A stretch of DNA of 63,371 nt, filler included, from Octopus bimaculoides (GCF_001194135.2; 6 parts of 5 records of this genome joined end to end with filler, not necessarily neighbours in it), one strand, 5' to 3'; numbered from the whole stretch's first letter, positions 41,447 to 56,017 are shown. Made by a program: numbers and translations. The notes: generated by a model from the letters alone, not told the origin.

Positions 41447-42353
41447 GAGCACTGTATTTATTATTAAAATGAAGGGAGGGATCGTGACCATGACCATCTT
41501 AGACCCTCAGTCAGAATCGATAGAATTAATGTCCGGTTTGAACCATTGGTGGAGGTTGACTCTTAATAAAACCTGAACAAAAAGAGAAGAAAATGGGTGA
41601 CATTAGTGTGGAAATGACAGGCCTTGTGACGAGGTAATTACATTAGATATCGTTTACATTTTCCCTACAAAAGAGAAGGATTCGATTTGAGTGAAATATG
41701 GCACCTGATAGTGAGCTGGCAGTGGGTCAAAACACGAACTTTACTTTAGTTTTGTTTCTGATGGCGGTGTTGCATACTCGTGTGTGCGTGCGCACGCGCA
41801 TCCCGTGGGTGATTGAGAGAGTGAGAAAGAGAGAGAGAGAGAACGTGAGAGAGAAAGAGTGATAGATAGAGATGGAGATAAAGAATTTACTCACTGACAT
41901 GAAATAAAGAAAAGGAAGATTGAAGTCTAAATTTACTATCTTAATGTATTCTTATTCATTCGGGTTGTGAGCGTAGCAAATATCTACCTANNNNNNNNNN
42001 NNNNNNNNNNNNNNNNNNNNNNNNNNNNNNNNNNNNNNNNNNNNNNNNNNNNNNNNNNNNNNNNNNNNNNNNNNNNNNNNNNNNNNNNNNNNNNNNNNNN
42101 NNNNNNNNNNNNNNNNNNNNNNNNNNNNNNNNNNNNNNNNNNNNNNNNNNNNNNNNNNNNNNNNNNNNNTATATATAGATACAGACACCAAGAGAGAGGG
42201 AGAGATAGAGATTGAAAGAAAGAGAGAGAACACCAAGAGAGAGGGAGAGATAGAGATTGAAAGAAAGAGAGAGAAAGGTAAAGAGAAAAATAGTTACAAA
42301 CATATACATACTTATGATATGTATATATATATGTATGTATATACATATGTATA

Positions 42354-42425
<72 letters not shown>

Positions 42426-42987
42426 TCTCTCCCCCTCTCTCTTTATATATATATGTATTTTGTTTTCAATGTGACTCTTATGAATGAGAGCCCTACCTTT
42501 ATTTATTTATTTCAAAATTATTTCTTTTTACTTTGTCTTTTTTTTCATTTGATATTTCAAATACCAATAACCTATTTAACTCTTTGAAAGACACTTATGC
42601 TCAAGAACGAAATACTTAAAACATTAAATGGTTGACCTGAAAAGTCAGCCTGTTGCACAATATACCACATCATAAGTCCCATAGAGTTAAAACTGCACAA
42701 AGAAATAAGAAACAAAACAAAAAGCAGAACAAAAATATACTAACGCACACACGTGTGTATGTGTATGTATTTGTGTTCTTGTGGTGTGCGTGAAGCCCTA
42801 TTAATAGCTTGTGTTTATTATTCATTTCTAGTGAATATAAGATCCAGGATGTTCAGGTTGAGGATTTTGCACGTCTCTCTCTCTCTTTTTTTTACAGTAA
42901 TAGTTTGATGTATTATTAACAATCAACGGCGTTGGAGAGCATAAGGATTAAAGTTGTAAAGTTGTTATTGAGAAAAAGTTAGCGGAT

Positions 42988-43485
42988 ATGGAGGACTGGA
43001 AGTTATCCGAAAACTGGAAACAAAAAAAAGTTGCCTGTATTATGATGATTCGCGCCGGATATCAAAATTATAACTGTGGGCCTGTAAACGCTGTAAGACG
43101 CGACATGGAAGGCTGTAATGGAGACTATGAAGCCGTGACCTGTAGAAAGCGACACAGTAGGCGTTCTGACTGCGTCTGCACACCGGGGCTGATCCCGATT
43201 CAGGCAGCTATGTTAAGCTGCTGGAAACTGATCAATCCATGACTGGAGAGGGCAGTTACTGGAAGATCATATGCATGATAGTTGGATTCGGCATTTTGTC
43301 ATACCTCCGGAAAAAGTCAGTTTTTGGAGAATTTCTACGACTTCACCAGCTCCAATTTCTGTCGTCCTAACTCCCTCGATTGTAATCCTACGAATTATTA
43401 TGCATGGGGTGCGGTTGAGAAATACACTAACTGCTCTGCCTTCAACACCAAACCCGAAACGGTGCCCAAGATAAAGACGTTTTGA
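42988..43485 (+). mobile_element. Internally deleted Tc1/mariner-superfamily (maT/DD37D-like) transposase remnant
   Basis: N-terminal MEDWKLSENWKQKKVACIMMIRAG. C-terminal FLENFYDF...RPNSLDCNPTNYYAWGAVEKYTN..AFNTK resembles WPPNSPDxNPLDYYxWG. Confidence 0.75.
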
Positions 43486-43510
43486 AAGATCTATCTCGAC
43501 CTTATCAATA

Positions 43511-43858
43511 GGTATTTTCCAATACGCAGACGATACAAAAGTCTCGCAGAAAATACAGAACTCCAGTGATGTTGCACACCTGCAGCAGGAATTGGACTCA
43601 GTTTACAGATGGGCTGAGGATAATAATATGCAGTTTAATGCTGAAAAATTCCAAGCTCTGCGCTACCAACGTCCAAAACTGAATATGAAACTTACAGAGT
43701 ACACTGGTCCGCAGGGAATTTCAATCCCAGAGCCTAAATCAGTGAGAGACCTGGGTATCGACATGAGTGATGATACCTCTTTCCAAGTGCACATTACCAG
43801 GATGGCAACAAAGTGCAGACGATTGGCTCGATGGATCCTGAGAACATTCAAAACCAGA
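43511..43858 (+). mobile_element. CR1/L2-group LINE RT fragment, 5'-truncated, runs into a gap
   Basis: Open frame FQYADDTKVSQKI...LQQELDSVYRWAEDNNMQFNAEKFQAL...VRDLGIDMSDDTSFQVHI...RLARWILRTFKTR, with YADD at 43523-43534. Confidence 0.9.
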
Positions 43859-43958
43859 NNNNNNNNNNNNNNNNNNNNNNNNNNNNNNNNNNNNNNNNNN
43901 NNTTAATTAATTAANNNNNNNNNNNNNNNNNNNNNNNNNNNNNNNNNNNNNNNNNNNN

Positions 43959-44780
43959 TTCAAGAAATTCTAGTAGTGCTTGTGAACGTCCATCCCGAAC
44001 TTTATCTGAATATCAATTGAGATTCTTTTCAATCCAATTATGCCAGATTCGATCATCATCATTTTTGGATATATAGGGTTTTTTGCCGCCTCGTTACCAG
44101 TTTTTTCAAAAAATTATTCTTTCAGCTTGTGACGGCGGACAAACTGAAATAGTCCTTGAGCTAGTTTATTCTTGTCAAAATTCTTAGTGCTTGAGCAAAA
44201 ACTCAGTCCAAGCTCTAAGACTGAAACAACGTCGGGCGAAAGATTTAGTTCAGATAAATTTATAACCGACTTATTCTCTAGTGTGATGGTTTTTCTCGGG
44301 CAAGTGGTTTTCAGAGTCTTTTTCTCATTAGATTCCTGACTACTTTTTGGGCTTTGCTCGAAATCTTCACTTAAAACACGGGATCTATTGGGTGATACAA
44401 TTTGTTCTGAATGTTCCTGTGAGAAGTTATAACTTTTAGTCGCATTTCTAGGGGTAATCCATTTCTGGGTGGGTGACAGAAGGTGATTGACTTCTGTGGT
44501 TTTTGTAGACATTTGAAAGACCTTTACTTTCGGGAAAGGAACATATTTATTGTTTCCGAGGCAAAATTTTAAATGTGCTCGCATTTTTGACTGATCAAAT
44601 AGAAACTTCTCTGGAAGTTCTCGAAAACAGTCAGTTAGGGAAGAGAACAGGTCGATGCGTATGCGCGGAGTTTTAGAGACTGGCTATGCTATCCGGCCTT
44701 ACCGGAGAGGGCCTAGTGACGACAGCACGACTGGCCTTCATAAACGGCTTTATGTGATAATAAATAAGTAAATAAATAAA
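43959..44780 (-). mobile_element. Penelope-like element (PLE) 5' fragment: leader plus N-terminal part of the ORF
   Basis: ORF 44584-44114 ends in SVINLSELNLSPDVVSVLELGLSFCSSTKNFDKNKLAQGLFQFVRRHKLKE*FF, followed by GRSQALLEFLE after a frameshift. This VINLS..L...E..VL..GLSF.P..RLKEYF pattern precedes PLE RT domains. Confidence 0.75.
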
Positions 44781-44785
44781 TAATG

Positions 44786-45030
<245 letters not shown>

Positions 45031-46297
45031 GTTTGTGATGTTTGTAGTGTTGGCAGCAGTGGAGTTTAGNNNNNNNNNNNNNNNNNNNNNNNNNNNNNNN
45101 NNNNNNNNNNNNNTTAATTAATTAANNNNNNNNNNNNNNNNNNNNNNNNNNNNNNNNNNNNNNNNNNNNATATATATAATCGGCAATATATTTCAATTTG
45201 GCAGTGTCAGCAACGTAAGATGCTGAAGTATAAGCGAGCAAACATGAAAGACGAGTACGAATAGGAAACATTATGACAAGTGCAAAGAAAGGCGAAGTGT
45301 CTAGATTGAACGGTAAAATGGACGAGTAATAGGAGAACGAAAAAAATGAAAAAAATGAATATATAATCAACGACACAGATATTTGTATAGATAGAAAACC
45401 TTTTGGCTATACGACAGAATTAAGACAACAGATGTGCGAAAGAGACGTGATAAAAAAGAAAGTGATCCTTTTGGACTTAGAAATATATATATATATGTGT
45501 ATATATACATACATATGAAGAATTATAATGTGGGGAGGTCATGAGGTAGAGCTAAATTTAGAATTATAGACAAAACAGGAGCTGAAAATAACGCAAATGA
45601 GCAAGAGAAAAGTCAGTGCCAAAAGAATGGGTAGTTTAAAAAAAAATACAGGATGGTCACGTGGTACCTTTTGGGAGGGGAGAGAAGGACAGGGAAATAG
45701 TAGATTGAGAGAAAAACAGAGAATGAGAGCGGAAAGGACTGTACAAAGATAAAAAAAGGTGAGGAAAAGATGATTCGGAAAAAGGAATAAGTATATATAT
45801 ANNNNNNNNNNNNNNNNNNNNNNNNNNNNNNNNNNNNNNNNNNNNNNNNNNNNNNNNNNNNNNNNNNNNNNNNNNNNNNNNNNNNNNNNNNNNNNNNNNN
45901 NNNNNNNNNNNNNNNNNNNNNNNNNNNNNNNNNNNNNNNNNNNNNNNNNNNNNNNNNNNNNNNNNNNNNNNNNNNNNNNNNNNNNNNNNNNNNNNNNNNN
46001 NNNNNNNNNNNNNNNNNNNNNNNNNNNNNNNNNNNNNNNNNNNNNNNNNNNNNNNNNNNNNNNNNNNNNNNNNNNNNNNNNNNNNNNNNNNNNNNNNNNN
46101 NNNNNNNNNNNNNNNNNNNNNNNNNNNNNNNNNNNNNNNNNNNNNNNNNNNNNNNNNNNNNNNNNNNNNNNNNNNNNNNNNNNNNNNNNNNNNNNNNNNN
46201 NNNNNNNNNNNNNNNNNNNNNNNNNNNNNNNNNNNNNNNNNNNNNNNNNNNNNNNNNNNNNNNNNNNNNNNNNNNNNNNNNNNNNNNNNNNNNNNNN

Positions 46298-46329
<32 letters not shown>

Positions 46330-47689
46330 ACTTGTTTTTCGTCAACGGAGGGCACCAATCCCTTTTAGACGATGCGTGTTCATAACAGATGTGATTCATA
46401 TATGTAAAGGAAGTTTGAGACGCCTCGGTGTTTCGACCTTATTGTGTGCCTTCTATTGAAGGTTACGCGTTGGAATCTAACAAGAGCCTGTCTTGTTGCA
46501 ATTGTAAGAGACTAGGCGCTCTTCAATGTTTTTAAAGGAAAGATAGAAAAGAAAAGACAGATGTGAATGATGTTAGTATATTGAATATTTAAGCCAATTT
46601 AGTTATCATTTTGTAACATTTCCGCATCATATGTTTGACCAATGAAACTTACCTTAGTTTAGGTGATACTCACGTTGTTATACGTAGAACAAAACTGACG
46701 CTACCGTTATTTGAAACAAAGTTCTTTGAGACACCAGCTCTGAATAACTTTAGTTTCTCTTCTTCACTGAATTAATCAAAACAACACCATTTCCTCCATC
46801 GTTTTCTTTCGTTCTCATAAAACATTTGCCAACATCTCGTAAAACCGTAATGTCTGCCAATGTTATTTATTCCATTCTTTCCAGCAGAAAAAATATTGAA
46901 GTTTGTTAATTAAGAATTCATAAATTTTATTCACTGAAAAGCTCTGACAGACTTTTCGGTTCGTATGAAAACGAAAGACTAAATTAGGAGTTTCTGCCTT
47001 GTGAAAACATGTATTAAAAACTCAGTTATGGAAAGTTATAGATTACAGATTCTAATAAAAAAGATAAGAAGCTTATAAAAGACGTGAACATATTTATTAA
47101 GACACCTAAATACGGCCGACACAAATCTACCTGTCAATGAATTTGGTGAAATATATGTAAAAGCAACGAGCTTATTGTGTCTGTATTGGTACACATACGC
47201 ATACACATTATGTGAATTTTATGTATAATTACATATTGAGACATTCAAACATTGACTCGAACCAGGAAACAATATTTATACGTAGAATACATAATCTATT
47301 TTTGTAAAGAAAACGGAGACAACGAAGTTTTGCCGATGTCGGCTCCTTCCGTCTGACGAAAGATATGTATGTATGTATGTGCGTATTTCCATATGTGTGT
47401 ATGTGTGTGCGTGTGCATGTGTGCATATGTGTGCGTGAGTGTGTGTGTGTGTGTGTGATACATTAATGTCTGCTCTTTTATGTTATAATACAAACAGCTT
47501 TTCATTAAATCGAATAATTTGGAAGAGTACAATGGCAGCGTGCGATGATACCTCGAATTCACTGTCACTGTCACTGTCGAAGAGTGTAGGCTCGAGTGTT
47601 AAGCTAATGCACCTTCATTCTGTTCCTTCACTTGCATTCTTCGTCTTTCGTTTTCTGCAAATTTGATCTCTCTCTATATATAGCTGCCA

Positions 47690-48600
47690 GTGAGAAAACT
47701 CCGGCATCAGAAGAGAACAACCGAGAGAAGAACAATAAACAAAAAATTTAACCTCATCCAGGCAGAAGTATACAGAGACATGAGAGGAGGAACAATAAAT
47801 ATCACGGAAGCTCCTTCACAAGAAGACATAGACTCCTTCTGGAGGAAAATCTGGAGTGAAGAGAAGGTATTTAACCAAGATGCTCTGTGGCTGGAAGAAA
47901 TCCGAAAAAGTCATTGCTCCTGTGTTACATCCAAGACATACAACATTGATGATGAAATTCTTGCAACTGTGACCCAGAAATTCCAGAATGGAAAAGTACC
48001 TGGAAGAGACTTGATTGCTGGATATTGATACAAGAAGCTAACATTCTACCGACCATACCATACCAATCTGTACCAGCAAGCTTTCATTGGGAACAGTAGC
48101 ATACCACACTGGCTAGCTCAGGCAGAGACAAAATTGATCCCCAAATGCAGAACCATCCACATGGCAAAAAACTACCGGCCAATCGCATGCCAGAACCTAA
48201 TGTATAAGATATACACAGCATGCTTAAACCTCTTCCTCCAAGACCATTGTGAAACCAATAACATTATCACAGCAGTACAAGCAGCTGGGAAGAAGGGAGT
48301 CTGGGGATGTGTCGAGCAATTGCTAATCAACAAAACTGTGATGCCAGAGGTGCGAGAGCATAGGAGCTAGACTGTGGCTAGATTACAAGAAAGCCTTTGA
48401 CTCACTCATGGTTGCTAGAAGCCCTTCAACTTGCTAAAGTTCCTGTGAGAATAGTAAAAGCCATAGCTGACCTGACTTCATCGTGGGCCACCATCTTGAA
48501 ATTAAACCCTAAGAGTGACTGTATTATCAGCGATAGAATACAATATTGCAAAGGTATATTCCAAGGAGACAGCCTCTCTGTGATGTTGTTTATACTTTCA
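47690..48600 (+). mobile_element. Non-LTR retrotransposon reverse transcriptase fragment, R4/Dong-like clade, decayed
   Basis: Motifs across stops and frameshifts: FWRKIWS, GKVPGRDLIAGY*YKKL, NYRPIACQNLMYKIYT, GCVEQLLINKTV, WLDYKKAFDS-THSWL, KGIFQGDSLSVMLF. It stops before YxDD. Confidence 0.85.
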
Positions 48601-48773
48601 CACACTCTTATTTCTTCTGGGTGGCGGGATTTCAAATCACCACAGTCGCCTGCGTGTTTTTTCCTGGCTGTTGACTCATTTGATGTCTAAGGGAGTTCGA
48701 CATTGCATTTCTGTATATACGAAGAATTATGTATACGCATGTGCATAGATATACATACACGGTTGATACACAT

Positions 48774-48851
<78 letters not shown>

Positions 48852-49136
48852 CATTCTCATGCGTACGTAGTTTTATTGCATGAGTTAAATGTATTCTTGT
48901 TAATGCACTTTACCGTGTATAGTCTATCTTTAAAGAGAAACACACCAGAGGTCAGAACAGTTTGAAATAAATACTTTTATTGCGGTATTCTATATGTATT
49001 CAACGTGGATGATCTCTGTCTCTATCTGTATGTCTGTCTGTCTGTCTCTCTGTCTGTATCTCTCTCACTCTCTCTCTCTCTTTCTCTCTCTTTCGCGGAC
49101 GCACTTGAATTCCAGTTTAATACATGCGTATATTGA

Positions 49137-49185
<49 letters not shown>

Positions 49186-49902
49186 GTCTATCTATTTTCC
49201 CGAAGATTTTTGTAGATTTTACATCTAGTTACCCAGTAAGATTGCATAACGTTATATTTATTCCAATTGCTACAAATCTTTCGTTTACGGGTCTCTTTCC
49301 TACAGAGAAAAGATTTCTGTGCTTTGGGAAATATATATATATTTATAGCTTCAAGTGTACGTTAAATCTGAATGTGTTGATGTGATTCCATGTAGATATT
49401 ACAAACAAAGGAAGGACATTATAAGCATAAGACATTCAAAATTAATATCTATACTTTATGGTCATACGTCTATGATTTTCTGTTGTATGTTATTGGGTAA
49501 GATTGAAATATGATTTTATTCGCTTCCCCGTTGAAAATGTTCTTCATATATTTTTAAAAGCATCTGGTTTTCAGAACCGTAATTGTATCCCGATAATATA
49601 TTTTTTTTATTGAAAGTACTTCGAGTTTCTCTGAATCTATCACACCTACATAGTAATATATTATTTATGTTGCTATAAACTTTTATCCACAGAGGTCTTT
49701 GATAGATTCTTCATATANNNNNNNNNNNNNNNNNNNNNNNNNNNNNNNNNNNNNNNNNNNNTTAATTAATTAANNNNNNNNNNNNNNNNNNNNNNNNNNN
49801 NNNNNNNNNNNNNNNNNTTTCCTTCCTTCCCCCTCCCAAAAAGAAAAGCTCTACATTGTATTTGTCCCATCTTCGTTGAGCCCTGTGTGGCTAATAAAAG
49901 AA

Positions 49903-49990
<88 letters not shown>

Positions 49991-50000
49991 GCCTGCCTGC

Positions 50001-50048
<48 letters not shown>

Positions 50049-50407
50049 AAATGGCTCTCCGTCGATTACGACGACAAGTGTTCTGGTTGATATTACCGTG
50101 TAAATGGCCGAGGACTCCACAAGCACGCGTACTCTTAATGTAGTTCGCAGAAAGATTCAGCGTGGCACAGAATGTGACAAGGCTAGCCCTTTCAATTACA
50201 TGTACAATTAATTTTCTTCAGCTGAGTGGATTGGAGCAACAAGAAATAAAGTGTCCTGCTCAAGGACAAACTACACCAGCAGGGATCGAACTCAAGACTG
50301 TATGAGCGTGAAACCTTAAAAGCTAAGCCACGCGCCTTCTCTCTCTCTGTGTCTGTCTCTGTCTGTTTGTCTGTCTGTTTCTATCTGTCTGTCTGTATGT
50401 CTCTCTC

Positions 50408-50464
<57 letters not shown>

Positions 50465-51600
50465 TGCCCGCATCTATAGATAAACACATATATGTATATA
50501 TATGCATAAACATGTGCGTTTCTTGAGCTTCTCTGAAATGTTCTAATGTTGTCTTTTCATATTTTTTATTCAACTTGTATGAAATATTGTATTTTCTGCT
50601 TACGCTTTGCAAGATGTAATCAAAGAAGAAATCGAAGGTTATTGAGTTGATTGGAAGACATATTGGTAACTTGTTATTCATATCTTCCTTTAAAGAAATG
50701 TACGATCCCCAGTTACCACTCAACATAATTTTTTTTTAACATTTAAAAATATTCATTCAGAAGTTGAAATGCAGCAAAGTAGTGAGGACGTTAGAAGGCT
50801 GTAGAAAAAATTTGGAGGCATTTGTTCATAATCTAAGCGCCCTGAATTACGACTGAAATTCAGGAATACAAATAAATGTAGGTAGCAATCTGAATATTGT
50901 TGCTGCCTTAGATACACAGCGCATATATAAACACATTTATAAACTTAAGTAAGAACCAAGGTATATTAATAAGTACTTATCATTCACCCATAATGGAGAA
51001 ATTTCATATCACAAGCCTACCGTATTCACAATCCAGGAACAGGTCTCATAAAATCAACTGCTTCGTATCGCCTCTTTCTGCATTAAGGTTAATACAGGTA
51101 AGCAATTATTGGCGCATTCAGCCTTCGCTTTAAAAGTGCATTCAAACAGAAAGAGCATTAAATTAGTTACAGCTGCAACTCCAATAGGAAGAGCTGCATC
51201 CGGACTAAAAGGGTAAATCAAATTCTTCTATGATATTTATGTAGGTAGGCATTGCCATTAAGCCAGGCATGCAACGTTGATACAATAATGTATGAAACTG
51301 AAGTGATCAGATCCAAACAATATCCGCTAGACAAGTGAAAATATTGTATACATTCACTGGGGTTTTCAATGAAAATCGGTTCAAAAACGCGATTTTAACC
51401 ATACTGAACTCTTCAAAACAGCTGATAAATGAATTACGATTATTAATAAACGCATTGGAAGGGAGTTATAGTCATTGTACCAACTAAATATAATGTATAT
51501 ATACATGTGTATATATGAATATATATATATATATTTGTATAAGATATCTGTTATTGTATACATACATTTGTACACACACTCACACACACATAGACAGACA

Positions 51601-51659
<59 letters not shown>

Positions 51660-51815
51660 TCACTGGAATATAATCTTATATCACACAAGAACAGCCATAT
51701 TGTATATTGTCAGGTATACTCGAAACCCCAATAAAATCTGTATTAGTTTAGTACTGTATAAAGATCTAACTATCCACTGTCTGTCTGTTTGTCTGACTCT
51801 CTCATTCTCTGAGTG

Positions 51816-51853
<38 letters not shown>

Positions 51854-52366
51854 CACGTACACATGTACACACATGCACACTCGCGCGAGCACACACACAC
51901 ACACATTCATATATATATATACATACGTGCGCGTGTGTATGTATGCATGTATGCACACAGATAGACACACGCGCACACATACGTGTATATATTGATAGTT
52001 ACATTCATTCAAACGTAAGACTACAACGTTCTTCCATCTTCTGTGGTTTCCTTGTTTCATTTGTCTTTTTAGTAGCCATAAAACTCTATCCTCAATAAAT
52101 CAACTCTTTACAACACTCTCGATTACGCTTGCGTCTGTATGCAAAATGATAATCTGTCATTTATTTAAAACCATGATGTATAATTAGATAACAATTATTA
52201 TATGAGGATATCATTATATGATATTATATGAGGATATTATTAAAATTCTTGCAGTAAACAGATATAAGATGACAAAAAATTACACTCATAAACATACCCA
52301 CAAATGCACTCACTCATACACATACATCCGGAGACACACAGGTGTATATTTACACACATCTGCATA

Positions 52367-52402
<36 letters not shown>

Positions 52403-52904
52403 NNNNNNNNNNNNNNNNNNNNNNNNNNNNNNNNNNNNNNNNNNNNNNNNNNNNNNNNNNNNNNNNNNNNNNNNNNNNNNNNNNNNNNNNNNNNNNNNNN
52501 NNNNNNNNNNNNNNNNNNNNNNNNNNNNNNNNNNNNNNNNNNNNNNNNNNNNNNNNNNNNNNNNNNNNNNNNNNNNNNNNNNNNNNNNNNNNNNNNNNNN
52601 NNNNNNNNNNNNNNNNNNNNNNNNNNNNNNNNNNNNNNNNNNNNNNNNNNNNNNNNNNNNNNNNNNNNNNNNNNNNNNNNNNNNNNNNNNNNNNNNNNNN
52701 NNNNNNNNNNNNNNNNNNNNNNNNNNNNNNNNNNNNNNNNNNNNNNNNNNNNNNNNNNNNNNNNNNNNNNNNNNNNNNNNNNNNNNNNNNNNNNNNNNNN
52801 NNNNNNNNNNNNNNNNNNNNNNNNNNNNNNNNNNNNNNNNNNNNNNNNNNNNNNNNNNNNNNNNNNNNNNNNNNNNNNNNNNNNNNNNNNNNNNNNNNNN
52901 NNNN

Positions 52905-52939
52905 ACAGCAACAGCCGCAACAATAACAGCTGCCGTAAT

Positions 52940-52982
<43 letters not shown>

Positions 52983-53009
52983 GCAGCAGCAGCAACAACA
53001 ACAACAACG

Positions 53010-53054
<45 letters not shown>

Positions 53055-53075
53055 GCAGCAGCAGCAGCAGCAGCA
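52905..53075. repeat. (CAA/CAG)n microsatellite
   Basis: Read directly from the sequence. Confidence 0.9.
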
Positions 53076-53532
53076 AGGCAACTGGAAATAGAATTATCTC
53101 AATGCTGTAGAAAATTTATATCAAGCCGGAAATATATTTCCCTTAGACTTGAGGCACTGCTGAAACTTTCTTCTGTATGTGTTAAATAGATTTGGCGCCA
53201 GTGTCAAGATATCAAATTTGAAATTGATAACATTTAGTCGTTAATTTTCCTAATTGTTTTCAAACAAGCTTTTAAATTGTTCTTATATTTATATATTTTA
53301 TATATTTTACTTTAGAATGAACATAAATACACTATATACCATAAAGTATACACTTATAGCATTGTACTATTTCTCTTTCTTCGACTATAATTTCACTGTC
53401 TCCCACTGTCTCATATGATATAAAATATATGTATTATAGATTCTAGATTTTAGATTTCGTATTGCATTCCATGACGTATAATAATTTAATCTCTGTATAT
53501 TATACCTCTATATGATGTCTAACATCTATATA

Positions 53533-53570
<38 letters not shown>

Positions 53571-53959
53571 ATATATNNNNNNNNNNNNNNNNNNNNNNNN
53601 NNNNNNNNNNNNNNNNNNNNNNNNNNNNNNNNNNNNNNNNNNNNNNNNNNNNNNNNNNNNNNNNNNNNNNNNNNNNNNNNNNNNNNNNNNNNNNNNNNNN
53701 NNNNNNNNNNNNNNNNNNNNNNNNNNNNATATATATATATATACATATATATACACACACAGCGGGAGATAGAAAGAAGAGAACTAGAGGGTTAGTTCGG
53801 AGATAAAATATTTTCGAAACCAACTATCGAGTTTTAATTTTTTTTCTATATGTATTTTGTGATCTTTGTCCCTATGGAGATCAGTAGAAGGAAACCATAA
53901 CCTTGTCTCTAGTACACGTGCTCTCTGCATAACTTTCTATTTCGAGGTATAAGGATAAA

Positions 53960-54790
53960 CAAGGAGTTATAAATACTTGCTGAAGAGCAGTGTGTCTTCA
54001 ATTCTGGATTTATCACAACACAACAGATTAGTAATTTTTTCGAGAAATCGTATCAATATAGCCAAGAGTTGTAACTTGTTTTGTACGACCCGAAAAGGCA
54101 TATGGCTATCTACTACAAGACACGGTCTGAGGGTTTTTTTGCAGAAGTTTTGATTAATGGGCAACTTTTGGTTCCTGTGAAGTCCTTATACAAATACCCA
54201 GATACTTGTGTTCTGGCAGATGGTGTTAAATCGAAACCTTTCTACTTGGACGTTGGAATTCAGCAGGGACACCAATCAGTCAGTGTACGATCGGTCGGCT
54301 GATATTTGCAGACGACATGTTACTACTTGGTTCATGATAAGGTGATCTCCAGCATGCACTGAATGTGTCTGCTGCCCAGTACTGCAAGGCAGGGATGACA
54401 ATTAGTGTTGTGAAGAGTGAAACATTGGTCGTCTCACAAAAGTCTACTCGATGCACTCTGCATTAAAGTGGAACATCATTGAGAAAAGAGAAGGAGTTTA
54501 AACTGTCTCGAGGCCGAATTCATGAGTGATGAAAATCAGGAAAAATGGACTGAATGTTAGAATTGAAGATGCTAATACAGTGATGCGACAACTCCAACTT
54601 TCGACAGTCAGAAGAGGAGAGATTACAGAAAATGCTGGACTTGATATTTGTTATTCACGTTTTGTGCTTATAATCCTCTATGGTCAAGGATGTTGGGCAA
54701 TGACCAAGAGGTTATGATCGTGAATACAAGCAGCCGAAATGGAGTTCCTAGGAAAGATCCCTGAAGTAATGTTTCTCGACAGGATGCACA
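53960..54790 (+). mobile_element. RTE-clade (Expander/Rex3-like) LINE RT fragment, heavily decayed
   Basis: GQLLVPVKSLYKYPDTCVLADGVKSKPFYLDVGIQQG, then a degenerate FADD region, and downstream ILYGQGCWAMT..IQAAEMEFL..IPEV, which resembles the RTE-clade RT thumb. Confidence 0.8.
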
Positions 54791-54911
54791 GCTCAGAGCT
54801 CATTGAAACTCCCCAAGTTGGTTGATATATATATATATATATATATAAAACAAGAAAAAATGCTAGTTGTAAACTTTCTCTAAGAGATCAACGCAGTAGT
54901 TGTACGAATAT

Positions 54912-54948
<37 letters not shown>

Positions 54949-55375
54949 TGTAAATGTAAAAATAAAAAACAAAACACAAAGGATTCTGCAGTACACGTGT
55001 TTCAAGCTTTATAGTTGTTGCATCATTATTGGTATATATAATTGATAGTATAAAGCTATCTTCAGCCACAAATGTATTCTTTCCCAAGAATTGTATCACA
55101 TAGNNNNNNNNNNNNNNNNNNNNNNNNNNNNNNNNNNNNNNNNNNNNNNNNNNNNNNNNNNNNNNNNNNNNNNNNNNNNNNNNNNNNNNNNNNNNNNNNN
55201 NNNNNNNNNNNNNNNNNNNNNNNNNNNNNNNNNNNNNNNNNNNNNNNNNNNNNNNNNNNNNNNNNNNNNNNNNNNNNNNNNNNNNNNNNNNNNNNNNNNN
55301 NNNNNNNNNNNNNNNNNNNNNNNNNNNNNNNNNNNNNNNNNNNNNNNNNNNNNNNNNNNNNNNNNNNNNNNNNNN

Positions 55376-55414
<39 letters not shown>

Positions 55415-55898
55415 GTATATTTATATATATGTACGTATGCATATATCAGTAGAGTAGCTAATAGGGGAGCTAAATGAGCGACTACCCGCCCTACGACCAC
55501 ATTTTTCGATGATCGGCGCCTTTTCAGCGACTTTTTCAAACTCTCCACTTGAACGATAAAAGTCGAATTTCTTTCTTGTTAGTCGTTTGGGGTTGGATGA
55601 ACTTTCTGAAATCATTACTTTATTTGATTAACGTCCCATGTTTTTGAACTCTGTGCTCGATCACCTGTTATATGTAAGTGGCCGCTGACATCTAGAAAAC
55701 CAAAATAAACACTGATATCATAACCAATCGTCACTGGACGATCCTTGGCGTTTCAGTTTTTAACGGTACATCTATATCTGTAGTTAGTTGTAAATTCATA
55801 CATAATGATATTGTTTCTGAAATATGAAAGTAATTCTTTTATATGTTTCAACCCCAAGGCTCTGACCATGCTGAGGCACTGCTAGTAAAAATTGCGAG

Positions 55899-56017
55899 AT
55901 GCTTACAGCACCTTGGTTACACAAGCGGTCACCGATCTAAGAACTTACAAGACTCGAATTTGCTTAACTTCGGTGATCAGATGAGAACTGGTGCATTCAA
56001 CGTGATATGGCCGTAAT
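55899..56017 (-). pseudogene. 5S rRNA pseudogene (near full length, about 119 nt)
   Basis: Minus strand reads TACGGCCATATCACGTTGAATGCACCAGTTCTCATCTGATCACCGAAGTTAAGCAAATTCGAGTCTTGTAAGTTCTTAGATCGGTGACCGCTTGTGTAACCAAGGTGCTGTAAGCAT, colinear with metazoan 5S. Box A (AGTTAAGC) is intact; box C is degenerate (TAGATCGGTGA vs TGGATGGGTGA). Single dispersed copy. Confidence 0.93.

Noticed and set aside
42187-42275. 44-bp direct duplication (CACCAAGAGAGAGGGAGAGATAGAGATTGAAAGAAAGAGAGAGAA x2)
   Set aside because: Ordinary slippage in a GA-rich tract next to a gap; possibly an assembly overlap.
46674-46766. 93-nt minus-strand exon candidate (EEEKLKLFRAGVSKNFVSNNGSVSFVLRITT) with AG and GTGAGT
   Set aside because: No recognisable homology; splice-like words of this quality occur by chance in 60 kb.
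51050-51205. Minus-strand acceptor followed by PDAALPIGVAAVTNLMLFL, considered as the next MCT exon
   Set aside because: It does not match the MCT TM2 motif, has no good in-frame donor and ends in a stop.
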